A stretch of 61,525 nucleotides of DNA, counting the filler, from Diploschistes diacapsis (lineage: Eukaryota), in the NCBI GenBank assembly GCA_023645945.1. It is 6 parts of 6 records of this genome, joined end to end, with 100 filler letters (N's around TTAATTAATTAA, not from the genome) between each part and the next. Parts side by side here need not be neighbours in the genome. Positions count along the whole stretch, not along the records: positions 6,541 to 12,968 come from JALAIB010001396.1; positions 13,069 to 19,486 come from JALAIB010001398.1; positions 19,587 to 26,000 come from JALAIB010001399.1; 3 more parts are not named here. One strand, written 5' to 3'. This document shows, in pieces, positions 10,637 to 23,847 of this stretch. How positions within the stretch are numbered: the stretch's first letter is position 1; every line of letters begins with the position of its first letter. The position numbers and the translations under genes are program-made. The notes under the pieces were generated by a model. That model searched no databases. It was given only the letters and a program-made list of their open reading frames with translations, and was not told where the DNA came from.

Positions 10637-12184
10637 ATGTTGATAGGCGGGGAAAAGTACGCATGCGAAGCATGTGTGCGTGGCCACAGAGTAAGCAGCT
10701 GCAATCACAGCGGTGCGTCTCTCTTTCACCACTCCCATCCAGTCTATGACGACTAACACACTTGCTCCAGAGCGACAGCTACAACGCATCAATAAAAAGG
10801 GCCGCCCAGTCTCACAGTGTCCGCATTGCCGCGGCCTCCGCAAATCTCGAGCATCCCACGTCAAGTGCGAGTGTGGTGACAAGCCAAGTGCCCCATCTGG
10901 CGACAGGCATGACTTGAAAGGTCAGCCCCCACAGTATCGTCCCCCAGAAAAACGGGATTTAATATCTTCTCAGGTGACGTCCATGCGTGCTCCTGCATGC
11001 ACGGATCGCGTTGCAGCTGCGCACTGAAAAAGGAGCATCTCGAGGCCGTCCCAGAGAATCCATTGCCTGTTCGGGCTCGATCGAGGGCGCATACTGATAC
11101 TCGCAAACCCCGGCTCTCCACCACTTGCTCTGACCCGTCCATTACCCAATTCGCGAACGGTCACCACAAGCCGGTACACAGGCTCAACCACGCAGGCCAT
11201 GATTGCGCGCCGTACAAGATTCCAAGGCCACACAGCATCCATGGATCTTCGTCGCTGGTCCAGAGGCCCCTGGACGACCTGCCCTTGGACAACTCGTCGA
11301 ATGGCCAATCACTCTTCCCCGATTACTTGTCCAGCCTTCAGCAAGACAATCAGCGGTTGGTGCGGTCTGCCCAGGGCTCGCCCGGCTTGAATCCGCTTGT
11401 CAAGTTTGATCACTTCAACCAGTTGCCTCCGCTCGATCCGTCCTACCCCGCCTACAACACCAGCTTGGCATCCAGCCCCGCTACGGACGACTGCAACCAG
11501 ACGTACCAAAACTTCGACTCGTACACTTCGCCGCAAGAAGATCAGCCACCGCTGTGCACCCCGCTCTCCGGACCCTCGTATGTTTGGACGGCCCTCGACC
11601 TTCCGCTCGGCCGCGGTGACTTCGCGGCCGCATCGAGCCAGCCTCCATCTTATGCAAGCCTCGACCAGAGTCATCTGAGCCGACCGGACCTGACCACTGC
11701 CTCCTCTGCGGATGTTTCCGAAGTCGGTGATTTTGCAGCGCAAGGTGTGCCAAGCCCTGGCTTTGCCGATGGCAGCCCTTTTATCCCGTCACCAGCCAAA
11801 AATATAATAACGAACGGTTACAACCTCAGCACAGAGTCTTTCCACGTCCCCAATCCCAGTGGAGGACTGGGTACCAACTTTGACACATCAAGTATCGAAT
11901 CGTTCGTACCGCAGGCCAATGCTTCTCCCTTCGACCCAACCGATCTCTCCATCAAGCCGGATCCGGACGCCTTTACCCGCCACGGCCTGACGGTGCAGGA
12001 TGTGCAGAAGATGGCACACCCTGGCCTGGACTCAACCGGGATTGACATCGCGCCCGCAGCCGCGCCAATGGCGGCCGTGCCGACGAGCGATCCCCTCTGG
12101 GCCGCTACATACACGGGAGCCGAGGACGAAGCGGGTTTTGTGCCCAGCTCTCGGCCTTATCGAGACCAGAATTGGATAAGCTAG
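10637..12184 (+). CDS. Copper-fist transcription factor (Ace1/Haa1/AceA family), 3 exons (10637-10712, 10771-10920, 10974-12184)
   Basis: The spliced N-terminus MLIGGEKYACEACVRGHRVSSCNHSERQLQRINKKGRPVSQCPHCR is a copper-fist domain. It is followed by CECG, CSCMHGSRCSC and FANGHHKPVH. Confidence 0.92.
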
Positions 12185-12768
12185 CATCGGCCCGGGGGCG
12201 CACTCTCGCAAATACGTGTGCACTCCAAGGCTGCGCACACAAGTTTTATGCCTGACGACGTTACGACCGCCATGTGCGACGCTCGCTAGGGCCGGAATAG
12301 ATGGAGCAGATGGTTAAATCTGGGAGCGATTATTGTTAATAAGATCTTGGCTGGGGTACGGGCCCGGTGCATTTCTCGGAGGATCTCAAGGCGCGTGTGG
12401 ATTTGGAGGCAGCTTGTTTGTTTGCCTCGTAAAGCTTCGTGCTCTCTTCATCTGCACTGTAGATAGCTCTTGGGGGGGGGCTGGGGTTGTATTGGGTCCA
12501 TCATGAATGTTAATAGGTTCTTGCATGAACTGCGCACCGGATCGTGATGTCGATGTCAATGTCAATGTTGTCGATATTCATTACTTGCAAACCAGGACTA
12601 CTACCTGCATTACTCGTCCATCCGCTCCCTTCGTCGGACCCCCAACGAATGCTCTTACCAACTAAAACCACCTCCTGAACAAATTCCCATCAACCCAACC
12701 TGACCCAATCCCAATTCGAATTCGAATCCCAACCCTAATCCCAGACTCGCGTGCCCCGGGTCCCTCCC

Positions 12769-12881
12769 CTACTTCATCTTCTTGCTCATCGTGCTCCCCT
12801 GCACCTGCCGGCCGCGGCTCTGCTGGTAGGCAGAGAAGCCGACCAGCGCGGCGATCAGGACGCCGATTATCACGATGTTGC
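12769..12881 (-). CDS. Terminal exon of an unidentified membrane protein, upstream part cut off by the contig end
   Basis: A CTAAT branch point and CAG acceptor precede GNIVIIGVLIAALVGFSAYQQSRGRQVQGSTMSKKMK*, which has GC3-rich codons, a TM helix and a basic tail. Confidence 0.6.
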
Positions 12882-12968
12882 CTGTTTTTTTTTTTTTTGG
12901 TATTAGTGACGGTAGGAGAAAATGTTTTTTTTGGTGTGGGTTGTTGGTTGAGAACAGGGAGGAGGAGG

Positions 12969-13068
12969 NNNNNNNNNNNNNNNNNNNNNNNNNNNNNNNN
13001 NNNNNNNNNNNNTTAATTAATTAANNNNNNNNNNNNNNNNNNNNNNNNNNNNNNNNNNNNNNNNNNNN
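12969..13068. other. Artificial contig linker
   Basis: N44-TTAATTAATTAA-N44. Confidence 0.98.
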
Positions 13069-14115
13069 ATGGGGGATGGGGCAAAAAAAAGGGCGAGATT
13101 GGCCCCTTGCAATTCTGCCCACCCGCGTGGGGAACGGGGGATGGAGGTGTGCTGTGTCTGTGGGGGGGCGCTTCGTGTACGGCTAGCGACTGGGGGAGAA
13201 GAAAAAAGAAGAAGAAGAAGATGATGATGATGAAGAGGAGCAGGAGAGGACAGGAAGAGGAAGAGGAAGTGGAGGAGGAGGATGGCCGAATGTGGAGGAC
13301 GAGGTAGCGGAGCGGAGCGGAGAATGTACGGGGGTAAGGAAGACGAACGAAAGAACGAAAGAAAGAAAGAAGAAAAAAGAGAAGGCGCTGGAGAGAGAGA
13401 GAGAGAAAGAAGATCTGGAAAGGGAAAAAAGGTCGTGATGAGAGGGGGATGAAATGGGAGGATGTTGGAAAGGGGTTTTCCCATCTGGCGGAGGGAAATG
13501 GGGGGGAGGTGATGGAGAGGGACTGGAATCGGTGCGGCCTGACGGATGAACTGTAACGGGGGAAGGGTGAGGGATTGTGGAAAAAGGAAGTTGTTTTTCG
13601 TTGGGTGGAGTGGAAGACGGGGTTGCCGTGAGGCCGTGGGGCGTAGAATTGGGAGGGGGGACGAAAGAAAGGAGGAGAGAAGAAGATGCTCTGGTGGTCA
13701 TCGACTTTGGAAAAGGATCCTGGACGTATTCCAAGAGCTTCTCTCGCTCCTCTCGGCCGTTGGGTGCTTGGTGCTAAATGTAGGCGTCCCATTGAGAAGG
13801 GAAAGAGTGCACAGGCATAATGCAGGGGGAGGAACGTCAAAGTGGGTAGATCGCTCGTGGTATCCGGGGGAACGAATATCCTTTTCAACAACCCAGCTAG
13901 TATATGGACGGATGAAGCGGGAATACCACCGGATGATACCGTGTCATACTTCCATAGTAGCCTGCACCATGGTTCACGTCATTGCTGATGGCACAGACAT
14001 TCAAAGAAGAAGCACGACAGAGTACAAGCATAATCCCCTTCCCAACAACTAGATGTACATGGCATCAACACTCCGCCCAATTCCTCCCTCCACCCTCCTC
14101 CACCAACGATCCAGC

Positions 14116-16202
14116 TCACTTTTTCTTCTTCTTCGTCTTATCCACCACCTCCACCCACTCCTTCCTAATCCCCCTTTTCTCTAGCGCCTTTATCACCGCA
14201 TCCTTCTGCGGGCCTTGCACCATGATCTCCATGACCGGAGTCTTCGGGCTACTGCCCACCAACTGCCCCACGCTCGTTGAGCTCGCACACGTCTTCTGCA
14301 ATTCCTCCGCCAGCACCGCCGGACTCACATAATACGCTTCCAGGCCGGAGACCTTCGTGGCTGTCTTGTTCCCAGTCCTCGTTTCCAGCGTAATCTTGAT
14401 GCTCGGTGGTGTGCCAGCTTTAGGCTTCAGGCTCTCCCGACTCTCGTTGTTTCGGAGGATGACGTAGTGCGGTGAGCAACAGGAAGAGGTGATGCGCTCC
14501 ATTAAAGTGTCACGCGGGACGGAACCTTTGGCGAGGATGTCCTTGTCTTGGGAGGAAGAAGAGTCGAAGACGGCGTTGGCGAGGAGGGGGTTGAGAGTGA
14601 CGAGACGCTTATTAGTAGAAGAAATGAGGGATTCGGAGTCGATGTAGGCTGTGACTATAGGCTTGAGTTCTGTGGGGAGGTAAAGAGCTCGGGGGTCTGC
14701 ATTAGAGGTGGCGAACAGCGTGTGGATCTTTTCCTTGGGCTTGAGCAATTGGAGACGACGGAGGCTTTGACCCATTGATGAATCCGAATGGGAGGCAACT
14801 TCATCGCTCGTACCGTTCGCCGCGGCCGCTTCTTTCTTCGGTAATCGGAAAGGGGCGAAATCGGCAACGGATGGGTCATCAAAGTTGACGTCGATCACAA
14901 CAGTCTCGCCGCCGTTCCGCTCTTTAGATTTGAGGAGCGCTTCTTTATCTAAGGCTTTGATGAACTTCTTAACGTTCTTCCAACTCGTCTTCTTTAGCTG
15001 CAGCGCAGCACCATCATCGGCGGTGAAGACGGGCAGGTAAGGGAGGATGTGGTTGGACATGAAGAGTGATTGCTGAATTGGAAATTCAATACCATGGTTA
15101 GGCTCGCCTTTTCGAACTTCTCGAGCGTTGTGCATTGCGTACAGGAATGCATTTCGAAACGCCTGATCAATGTCTGCGGCCCTGTTAGAAAATCGCAAGC
15201 TCGTCTGCCGCTCGGTATCTTACCTTGTGTTGTCCATTGCTTTTTCTCAGTCGTAACTTCTTCGAATGTCTCCGTATACGGCTCTTCTGCTCTTTTGCCT
15301 TGAAGACCGTTTACTGGGACACCACCGTCGTCTCCGTCCTCCTCAGCATCTTCTACGTTAAGGCTCTCAACCCCTTCTTGCGCGGCCAGAAACTCGGAGT
15401 TCTCAATGTCATGATCTTCAAACCAACCGCCAAGATGACCAGGTGGCTCCGCTCCCGATTTGTTGGTTTGGCTCCAGCTCCATATTTCGTCCCCCTGCCA
15501 GTGAAGTCCCTTCACTGCATGACCCTTCGTTCCCCTCACAGTTTCTAAGGATGCAACATTGATCTCGCATTCTCCAACTACCATGGGCACGCTCGGGTTT
15601 TCGTAGCTTGCTATAGCCACTACTGCCCCTTTAATGGCCTTTGCTGGAAATGGTGGGCCGTGTGCAAGGCCTGGAGTCATGAGATCTGCCCCGCCTCGCA
15701 TCTTGTTCAAGACAGTATCTGGCGTATGTAGGAGTGGTACGAGCCCGGGATGATGCCAAAGTGTATATACTGCATTACATTAGGCGGAGTTCTGCTGCCC
15801 CTACAAGACTGTATACCTGATGGTACAAGACGTTCGTCTAGCCTCAGCCATAGCACCCTCGGCTCTTCTCCACCGAGAGGTCCAATATATAATGTGCCAT
15901 GGAATAGCTTCGAATTCTGCCCAACCGTCGTAGAAAACTTGGCCGACAAGGTGCCATCCGGTAAGAGCGAATTGCGTAAAGCGCCGATGCCGCTCGTTTG
16001 GGCTTGCCTATCTTCCTGCTCGTTGTCTCCGGTCTCCGCTGGAATCTCAATTTGATACTCCGATATTATTTGATCTGTCACTTTCCTTCGATCTGAAGAT
16101 CGCAAGGGCGCAAGATTTTTGATCTTTCATAGTAAGCCGGCATTGCCTGAAGAAGCGCTGAAGACCACAGCCTGTACTAACATTTGGCTTCTTCTTGAAC
16201 AT
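14116..16202 (-). CDS. tma64: eIF2D/ligatin/Tma64 (PUA, SWIB-like and SUI1 domains), multi-exon
   Basis: Spliced start MFKKKPN|IKNLAPLRSSDRRK. PUA-region motif GGADLMTPGL, LKKTSWKNVKKFIK, and SUI1 domain IKITLETRTGNKTATKVSGLE...EIMVQGPQ. Confidence 0.9.
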
Positions 16203-16632
16203 GACTTGGTTAGGTATTTATGGAATTGGATTTTTGTCTGGAATCCCAAGCTAAAAGTACCTCCTCTGGACAATTTAGTAGGACTTGTGCTTCCAATAGC
16301 AGTTGAGAACGGTAAAGAGTCGAATTGCGTTCCATTTCCAATGACGTGGGGCAGCGGTTGTCAGTGGGGAGGGCTCCGAAGTCACATCCCGACTCGTGGT
16401 TTGTGGCTGGAACATGCCTTTGCGCCACACCTTCTCAACAACTTTCCGTCTATGAGACCAGCATGGATCATTAATGTGTTTTCATGATCGATTGGTAGAC
16501 TGAATATGTACCTTCAGAGACACACATTAGCATCCCCTTAAATAGTCTCTCCTGCATCAGCTCTGAACACTTTACCGCGTGCCTCTTTCGGCAACTTATT
16601 TTCTCGGCCAATTTTGGATACAACAGGAGACT

Positions 16633-19486
16633 ATGGCGTCGCCTACTATAGAGAGGACAGGGAGTGACAGCCGGCCGCAAATCAATGGTCGACATTCGAC
16701 AGCTCCGACTATGATGACCATGAACAGTCATTTTGCGAGCGTAGGGGATTCGCCGTCGTCCCAACAGTATGAGCATGGCATCCAGGTCATTGATGAGGAC
16801 CAGAACTTCAGGTACGATAGCGTCAGGTGCTACCAACCGCCTTGCTCTAGACTAACATGGTGGTTTAGTGGTCATCTCTCCAACTATCTATCCTCGGAAA
16901 AGGTTGCGCTGGCAGGCTTCAATTACCACTTAATATCCGTTTTTGGCTCCCAGTCGACCGGAAAGTCTACGTTGCTGAACCAACTTTTTGGAACGGATTT
17001 CGGCGTTATGTCTGAGCAGGAAAGACGGCAAACGACAAAGGGAATATGGATGTCAAAGAACAAAAACACTAAAAGTGCCGCGTCGCCGAAGCCGATGGCA
17101 GACAACATCCTTGTCATGGATGTTGAGGGAACCGACGGCAGGGAGCGAGGCGAGGATCAAGACTTTGAGCGAAAGAGCGCACTCTTTGCGCTGGCTACGA
17201 GTGAGGTGTTGATCGTGAATATATGGGAACATCAGGTTGGACTATACCAAGGCGCAAATATGGGACTATTAAAGGTTGTATTTGAAGTCAACTTGGAATT
17301 GTTCTTGAAGGACAAAAAGTCGAATCCGCGGTCATTACTGTTCTTCGTCATTCGAGACCATCTGGGCACAACGCCGCTTGCCAACCTTCGAAATACGCTA
17401 GTTGCGGACTTGACCAAGATATGGCAAGGCCTAAATAAACCGGCTGGAATGGAGAAGTCCAAGATCGAGGACTACTTTGATTTGGCGTTCGCTGCGCTTC
17501 CACACAAAATCCTCCAGCCGGAAAGGTTCGTGGAAGAAGTGGAGAAGCTAGGCACACGCTTCAGAGACGGCAGCCGGCGGCGCGACTCAGTGCGTGACGA
17601 TCACGAACTCGGCGGCGGCATCTTTCTCCCCGAATATCATCGGCGCATTCCCGCCGACGGCTTCTCCGTTTATGCTGAAGGTGTCTGGGAGCAGATCGTG
17701 AACAACAAAGACCTCGACCTTCCCACGCAGCAAGAGCTGCTCGCCCAATTCCGCTGCGACGAAATCATGCGCGAAGTCCTGGTTGGCTTCGACGAAGCTA
17801 TCGCCCCCTTCGAAAACAAACAAGCCGAGGGCGTTCAACTCGGAAAGCCCGAAGTTTTGGGCGGCCTTGGCTCGGCCATGCGCAGCTCGCGCATGAAGAC
17901 GGTCAAGAACTTTGAGACGAACGCGAGCCGGTACCACAAGGGGGTCTACAACCGCAAGCGGGCCGAGCTGGAGGGCAAAATGGACGTGCGTCTCAAGGCG
18001 CTCTTCCAAGGGCAGCTCTCCGCCTGTCACAAGAGCGGTCTGCAAACGTTCTCTGATGGCGTCAGCGCCGCCGTCAAGTCCGGCCAAAAGAGGGGCTCAA
18101 GCTACGACTTTGCCTCCATCGTCTCCGAAGTTAAGAGCGCTTCGATAACCAAGTTCGAGAAGGAAGCCAGGGCAGTGCTTGTCGAAGGCGCACCGTGGAG
18201 CACGTACACTCAGGAACTGAATCTTTTTAAGAAGGACCTCAACGAAGCCACAACCCGCCTCCGCCGCGACGAAATGCGCCGTCTAGCGACACGCGTCGAG
18301 CGCTGGGTGCAGTCCCGGCTCTCGGACTCGATAAGCCTAGAATTCAACAGCCTCGGCTCCGGCCGCGGCGGGTCCGGCGCGCCCGAGCACGGCTCGCAGC
18401 CAGCTGAAAAAGAGATCTGGGACCGGATCTGGCAGACCTTCACCTCGACCGTGGCGGACGCCTCGCAGCGCTTCGCGGCACGGGCCAAGAGCTTCAACGC
18501 GTCGGCCGAGGAGATCGAGGTCGGGCTGTGGCGGCTGCGGCGGCGGAGCTGGGGCGTGCTGAAGGCCAAGATCGAGGAGGAGGTGATGGAGGGCAACCTG
18601 CTGCTGAAGCTGCGCGAGAACTTCGAGGACAAGTTCCGCTACGACGAGGCGGGCGTGCCGCGCATCTGGCGGCCCACGGACGACATCGAGGGCATCTACA
18701 CCCGGGCCCGCGAGTCGACGCTGGCGCTGATCCCGCTGCTGGCGCGCTTCCAGGCGTCGGAAACGAGCGCGCCACCCCCGCTGCCGGAGTGGGTCGGCCA
18801 CGTGCCTGAGGGGGCGACAAGCGCGGACGAGGAGGATATGGTGCCGATTGGCGGGGTGGATGAAGAGGAGGGCAGGAGCCTGGAGGAGGAGGCGACGGTG
18901 CTGAGCGAGGGGAAGAGGCAGGACGTTACGGCGCGGTTCAAGAAGACGGCGGACGGGGTGTACGTGGAGGCGAAGCGCAGCGCCATCGGCGGCGTGACGC
19001 AGGTGCCGCTTTATTTCTACGGGCTGTTGTTCGCGCTGGGCTGGAACGAGATCGTGGCCGGTAAGTCCTTCATTCCCTCCTTCCTTCCTCCCTTTCTTCG
19101 GTGTAGAGAGCCCCTTCTTCCCCACTATCATTACCTGGCAGTTACTTCGGAACGACCTACCTTCCTTTCATCATCGAAGGTTGCAGTTTCGCTGACCTTT
19201 GTGACCACACGCGCACACACACAGTCCTCCGCAACCCCCTCTACTTCCTCTTCCTCCTCGTCCTCGGCGCGGGCGCCTACGTCACCTACACGCTCAACCT
19301 GTGGGGCCCCATCATCAGCATGACCAACGCGGCCAGCGCGCAGGCGCTCGAGGAGCTCAAGAAGCGGCTGCGCGACTTCCTGGAGAACTCGGAGACGGGC
19401 CGCCAGGCGATCGCCATGTCCGGGAGCGAGGCGATTGCGATGCAGAAGCTCGCGCCGAACGGGAAGGCCGCGGGGAGGGGGAAGGG
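16633..19486 (+). CDS. sey1: Sey1/RHD3 ER-fusion GTPase (3' end truncated at the contig end)
   Basis: [27 protein letters not shown] and [19 protein letters not shown], then TM hairpin [19 protein letters not shown]. Introns at about 16812-16869 and 19061-19224. An alternative start lies at 16711 or 16720. Confidence 0.96.
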
Positions 19487-19586
19487 NNNNNNNNNNNNNN
19501 NNNNNNNNNNNNNNNNNNNNNNNNNNNNNNTTAATTAATTAANNNNNNNNNNNNNNNNNNNNNNNNNNNNNNNNNNNNNNNNNNNN
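19487..19586. other. Artificial contig linker
   Basis: N44-TTAATTAATTAA-N44. Confidence 0.98.
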
Positions 19587-19630
19587 ACAGAGGGGGTTGG
19601 AAGATTGGAGGAGCGCATCGGGAGGCTCAC

Positions 19631-20160
19631 CTCTTTGCGTGTCACGGGATTTTCTAGCAGAGAGAGGTGTGTGAGTTTGGGCAGGAGGCGGAGGGGGTCG
19701 AGGTCCGCCAGCTCGGCGAAGTTGTTCTGGGTGAGGACGAGGGTGGTGAGGTTCGGGAGGTTGGTGGCGAGGGTGGGTTGGATGGTGGTCAGCCGGTTGC
19801 GGGCGAGGAGGAGGGTTTGGAGGCGCGGCGAGAGGGGGAAGTTGGAGAGGGAGAGGATGTCATTGTCGGTGAAGTCGATGGCGTCTTGGGGCTTGTTTGG
19901 TGGGCGGGTTAGCGTGTGAGCGATTTAGGTAAAGAGAAGGAGCGGTTGGAAGGGAAGACTTACCCCGGCAACTGCCAGGTTTTCTATGGCGGGTATTTTG
20001 TGACCTGCATTGGGCGGAAATTGATATCAATGGAGCTCGTATTTCAAAGTGTAGCATCTGCTCTTTTCAGCTTGTACGCACCTCTCAGGTCCAGTTCGCG
20101 CTCTTTGAGGGGGTTGAGAAAGGAAAGGGAGTTGTTGATCAGCTCCACCGTGAGCCGCAT
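19631..20160 (-). CDS. lea1: U2 snRNP A' (LRR protein), 5' exons only
   Basis: Manual translation MRLTVELINNSLSFLNPLKERELDLRG|HKIPAIENLAVAG|PQDAIDFTDNDILSLSNFPLSPRLQTLLLARNRL...ENPVTRKE, followed by a GTGAGC donor. Not in the ORF track. Confidence 0.93.
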
Positions 20161-20325
20161 GATTGTCGAAGCTTAGTTTGTATCAGTTTTGAGCTTACTG
20201 ATTGTTCTATAGAGGTTCTTGCTATAGCATTAAGCTTCGAGTGCACCCTCGCTTGACAATTAATCGCTGCGGGACTGGCTATCTAGTTATAGACTATCGG
20301 CCATACAATTAAAAATGGCGGGGCG

Positions 20326-20369
20326 GACCTTTTCGAAGGTCGTGGGTTCGAATCCCAGTGTTGACACCA
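20326..20369 (+). pseudogene. 3' fragment of a type II (Leu/Ser-like) tRNA ending in encoded CCA
   Basis: GACCTT-TTCG-AAGGTC variable-arm-like hairpin, T-arm GTGGGTTCGAATCCCAG, then acceptor strand TGTTGAC, A and CCA. No matching 5' acceptor strand or D-arm was found upstream. Confidence 0.6.
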
Positions 20370-21267
20370 AAAACTCATGGTTCCAGGTTTTATAACCTGA
20401 ATTAAGCCTAATATGGCTAGTTAATCCGTTTCGTTTATTGATGATACTTAACGGACAAGAATTTCGGTCAAAAGCTACGATCGCAATAAAAAGCTACAGT
20501 CGCAAAATTATATAGAAAAAATTATGTGGTAGTTATGGGCTTGGCTTGTGTGGCTTATGTAAGAAGATCGTGGCTTTTCTGGTCAGGTTTCTATCATTAG
20601 CTTTATTTCCCCATTATGCTCGGCCTAATCTTCTGGCAGTTCTCGTCTAACGGAAAGCGACAACAGCTGTACGTGGCGATAGCGCTCATTTGCCTTGCCT
20701 GCATCTTGGTGCCCTTAGCTCCTTCGCTGCCCCTTTAATCTTCTTCTTCCAGAGCATCTCGGATCTATAGCTACCCGCAGGCTATGAGACAACGGCTCAG
20801 CAGAAGGCTCTGGCCTAGTGCGGCTGGTACACGCCACAGCTCATGGTCCCAAGCCAGAGGAGATGAAATGGAATTGGAAGAGAAGGTTGAATGCGGCAGA
20901 GGAGGTTCTGAATAGGGGTTACTTATGTTTGAGAAGACGATCTGGACGTTGTTCTCTATCCTGAACTTATGGAAGTGTACTTAAGATGTTCAATAGTCGT
21001 ATTAGTCAGTTGAATAGTCACTTTAGATAGTCTAAAGCTTCTAATTAAAGCCTTTCGGAGCTTGGAGTTATCTGTATAGCTGTACGATTATAACGCAGTA
21101 ACGCGAGGATCTTTTAAGTTTGAAACAAATCTTTCCTTCCATAATAAGGTCTGAAATGCGACACACCTCATCAACGCTAAAACTGATGTCGTAAGAGTTC
21201 TGAGATTTCAGTTGTCTGTAGAGGATGTAGTACATGTTTTGGAAATGTAGAATTCATATAACACATA

Positions 21268-22798
21268 TTAAACGCCAACACTGACCTTGATCCCGCCCCT
21301 GCGTTTTCGGAGACTGGCCCAGAAAAGGTTTAATTCAGCGACGGGTAAACGCGCCAGAGCGAACACGAGCATCATGAGCGGGATCGCCACCACAAAATAG
21401 ACCCAGAATTTGTTTCCATCCGGTGCGAAATCTGCCGACATGCTAAAGACACTGCTGATGAAGCTGAGCGGAACAAACGCGAGCGCAAGGTAGGTGAGGC
21501 GGCTAATGTTCGCCGTTTCTATGAACGAGCGCCGGCTGTCAACAACCTGCACCAAGGAAGTGAGGACCGGTAACATCATCTCCAGAAGCTGGCCGTGGCG
21601 CGCAACAGCAGCCTCTAGATGACGATAGTCCCGGAGCAGAAGGTCCGCGGTCTCGTCGTCTACAGAGCCGTGACGGGCCATAGTGACGAAGTGGATGATT
21701 GAATCCAGCTTGTGGCGCGTGGAAATCGTGCGGCGGCGCCAGCTCTGTAATGCTTTCAAGTCCGAATCGAAACGCTCGAGCATCTTTGCGAGATTCGGGA
21801 TATTGTTGATCTGGTACTCGTACTGCTTCACGCTCTGCCTCATGATCTCGACATATTTAATCCATTCCGCCGCAATGATGCGAAGAGGGTAATAGGCTAT
21901 ACTTAAGACAGAAGGTCTTGCGGTTTCCATTTGCGGAGGAAGCGAAAGAGACCAGTAGTTGATCAGATCGTCTGCCATGCCTGCTTTTAGGGGCTTCGTG
22001 CGCCAGCTTGCTTCGTCCTGGAGAGGCGGCGAGGGTCGGAAATCCTGGTAGCCACCTTGGAATAGATCCGTTGGTATTGTGATTTGCCTCCTAGTTCCAG
22101 AGGCTCGGTTCTCCAAGATATACTGGTCTGTGACTGGGGGATCGACGAGTATCAGGTCTAACAAAGTATGAATTTGTTGAAAGGTAAGGATTCTAGATAG
22201 AAAGCTTACATAGCCAAGGCTCGCAGTGCGTCTTCACTTGCAGAATGGAGCAACAGTGCTGTGCAAGAGCCACATACGTGTCCCTGATCGGTGGCAGTAG
22301 AACTACTTTCCTAGGGCAATATGCATTTCGAAATATCTTACCAGCTGATGGAGGGATGGCGTCAAACTTCAGTACTCTGTGATAGGTATGGGCGATAAAT
22401 CCCTGACCCTTTAATTGAGAGGGTAGAATTGCGGCTTGTGGTGTCTGGCTATGTACATCTGGCGCCGGAGCATACAGGTGGGAGGCAAAGAAGAGCGGGT
22501 CGATGTTGAGGCAGGATCCCACCGTTTCAACCGTATCGGCAGAGGGATCTTCAACGATGAGAACTCGACCTTGAAGCTCATGTTTGCCTACTAGACCCTT
22601 TGTCAAGTGAATCTCAAGATCTCTTGGATCAATCGTCGTCGAGTGTGGTGGCGACTGCCCATATAAATCTAGGGCTTGGATTGTTGTCCGTATTTTCTGC
22701 TTGTCGTTGTGAATCGGAAGGGTAAGAAACTTCAGAAGGTTGCGCAAACATGGATTACGCATACTTTGAAATTCGACATATTGCTGATATGGGGGCAT
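21268..22798 (-). CDS. Fungal CorA-like Mg2+ transporter-domain protein, 2 exons (22798-22210, 22157-21268)
   Basis: VLIVED...LNIDPLFFASHL at the N-terminus. C-terminal ANISRLTYLALAFVPLSFISSVFSM...FWVYFVVAIPL gives two TM helices, with FSMS in place of GMN. Confidence 0.85.
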
Positions 22799-23847
22799 CA
22801 CTTAGTCTTGACTTGAGTTAGTGATTAACTTTGGCTATGCAGTAAATGCAGTGTATGGAGGCAGGCCGTTTAGGGAGCATACTCTCACTAACGAAAAGAA
22901 AGCTGAACATAGAAGGACATAGCTGCTAGTATTTAAGATACAGCAGCGTTACTGAAGCGCTCGCTCGGCACAAAGATGGTTGTACTGATTGACCATGACT
23001 ATGGACGCCCCATTCCGACCGCGATTGGCGGGCTTCTTCCAAGGCATACAACTAGCGGTACGCTAACATAATTAACCCCTTTGTCCGCACTTCGTCTGCC
23101 CTATTCTTCTATACTTTCTCTTTCGTTTCACGCATACAGTGTGCACTTTGAACCATCATCCGGCCCCGCTAAACGATTCAGCTTCTAGCATGATGAAATA
23201 GGACACATGTCAATCAAGAAACGGGACCGAAAACTTTTTGGCAGCGAGGACTAAAACAAGGCTGAGGTTCCCAACATGCACAACATGTCTGATAGGATGT
23301 CTGCCTTGCACTCTGATCATCTGGAGCACAAGGCTCAGAGTGCTCCTCAGGAGATTTTCCTGTTGGGCCAGAGAGCCCTTCGCAATTTCCTAGCGAGTTA
23401 AGGAGCTCTCCAATAACCTTCAGGTTAGTTCCGAGACCTACATTCTATCGGATAAGTGGGGATAGTACCATGGTGAAATTACGTGGCTCCAGGCGAAGGG
23501 CTGTCACGCGATTAGCCATTATCTGCAAGATTTTTGGCCTGGCCAGCCTTGCCTGCTTCTCCGAGAGGCTCCCCCACACTCTCAGCTGCCATCAAGAGCA
23601 TGGCTTACATTGGGGTGAAAGCAGATTGACGCCCAGCTAGGCGCAATGTGCGTAGCGGCCATGCAAGCCTCGAATGCCTTGAGTGCCTGAAGATTGCGAG
23701 CTAAAAGCCTGGCCATGTTGATCCGATAAGACGTGGGCTTCGACATATATATGATGAAACGCTCATAAGAGCATAAAAGACGACTCTTCAACCTAGTGTA
23801 AGAGCCGAGATTTATTACATACTTTGCTTATTGGACAACAGATTGGG

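Noticed and set aside
13069..13891. Minus-strand ORFs of 155-292 aa
   Set aside because: Low-complexity purine/pyrimidine tracts with no domain, probably the promoter and 5' UTR of a gene lost at the contig end.
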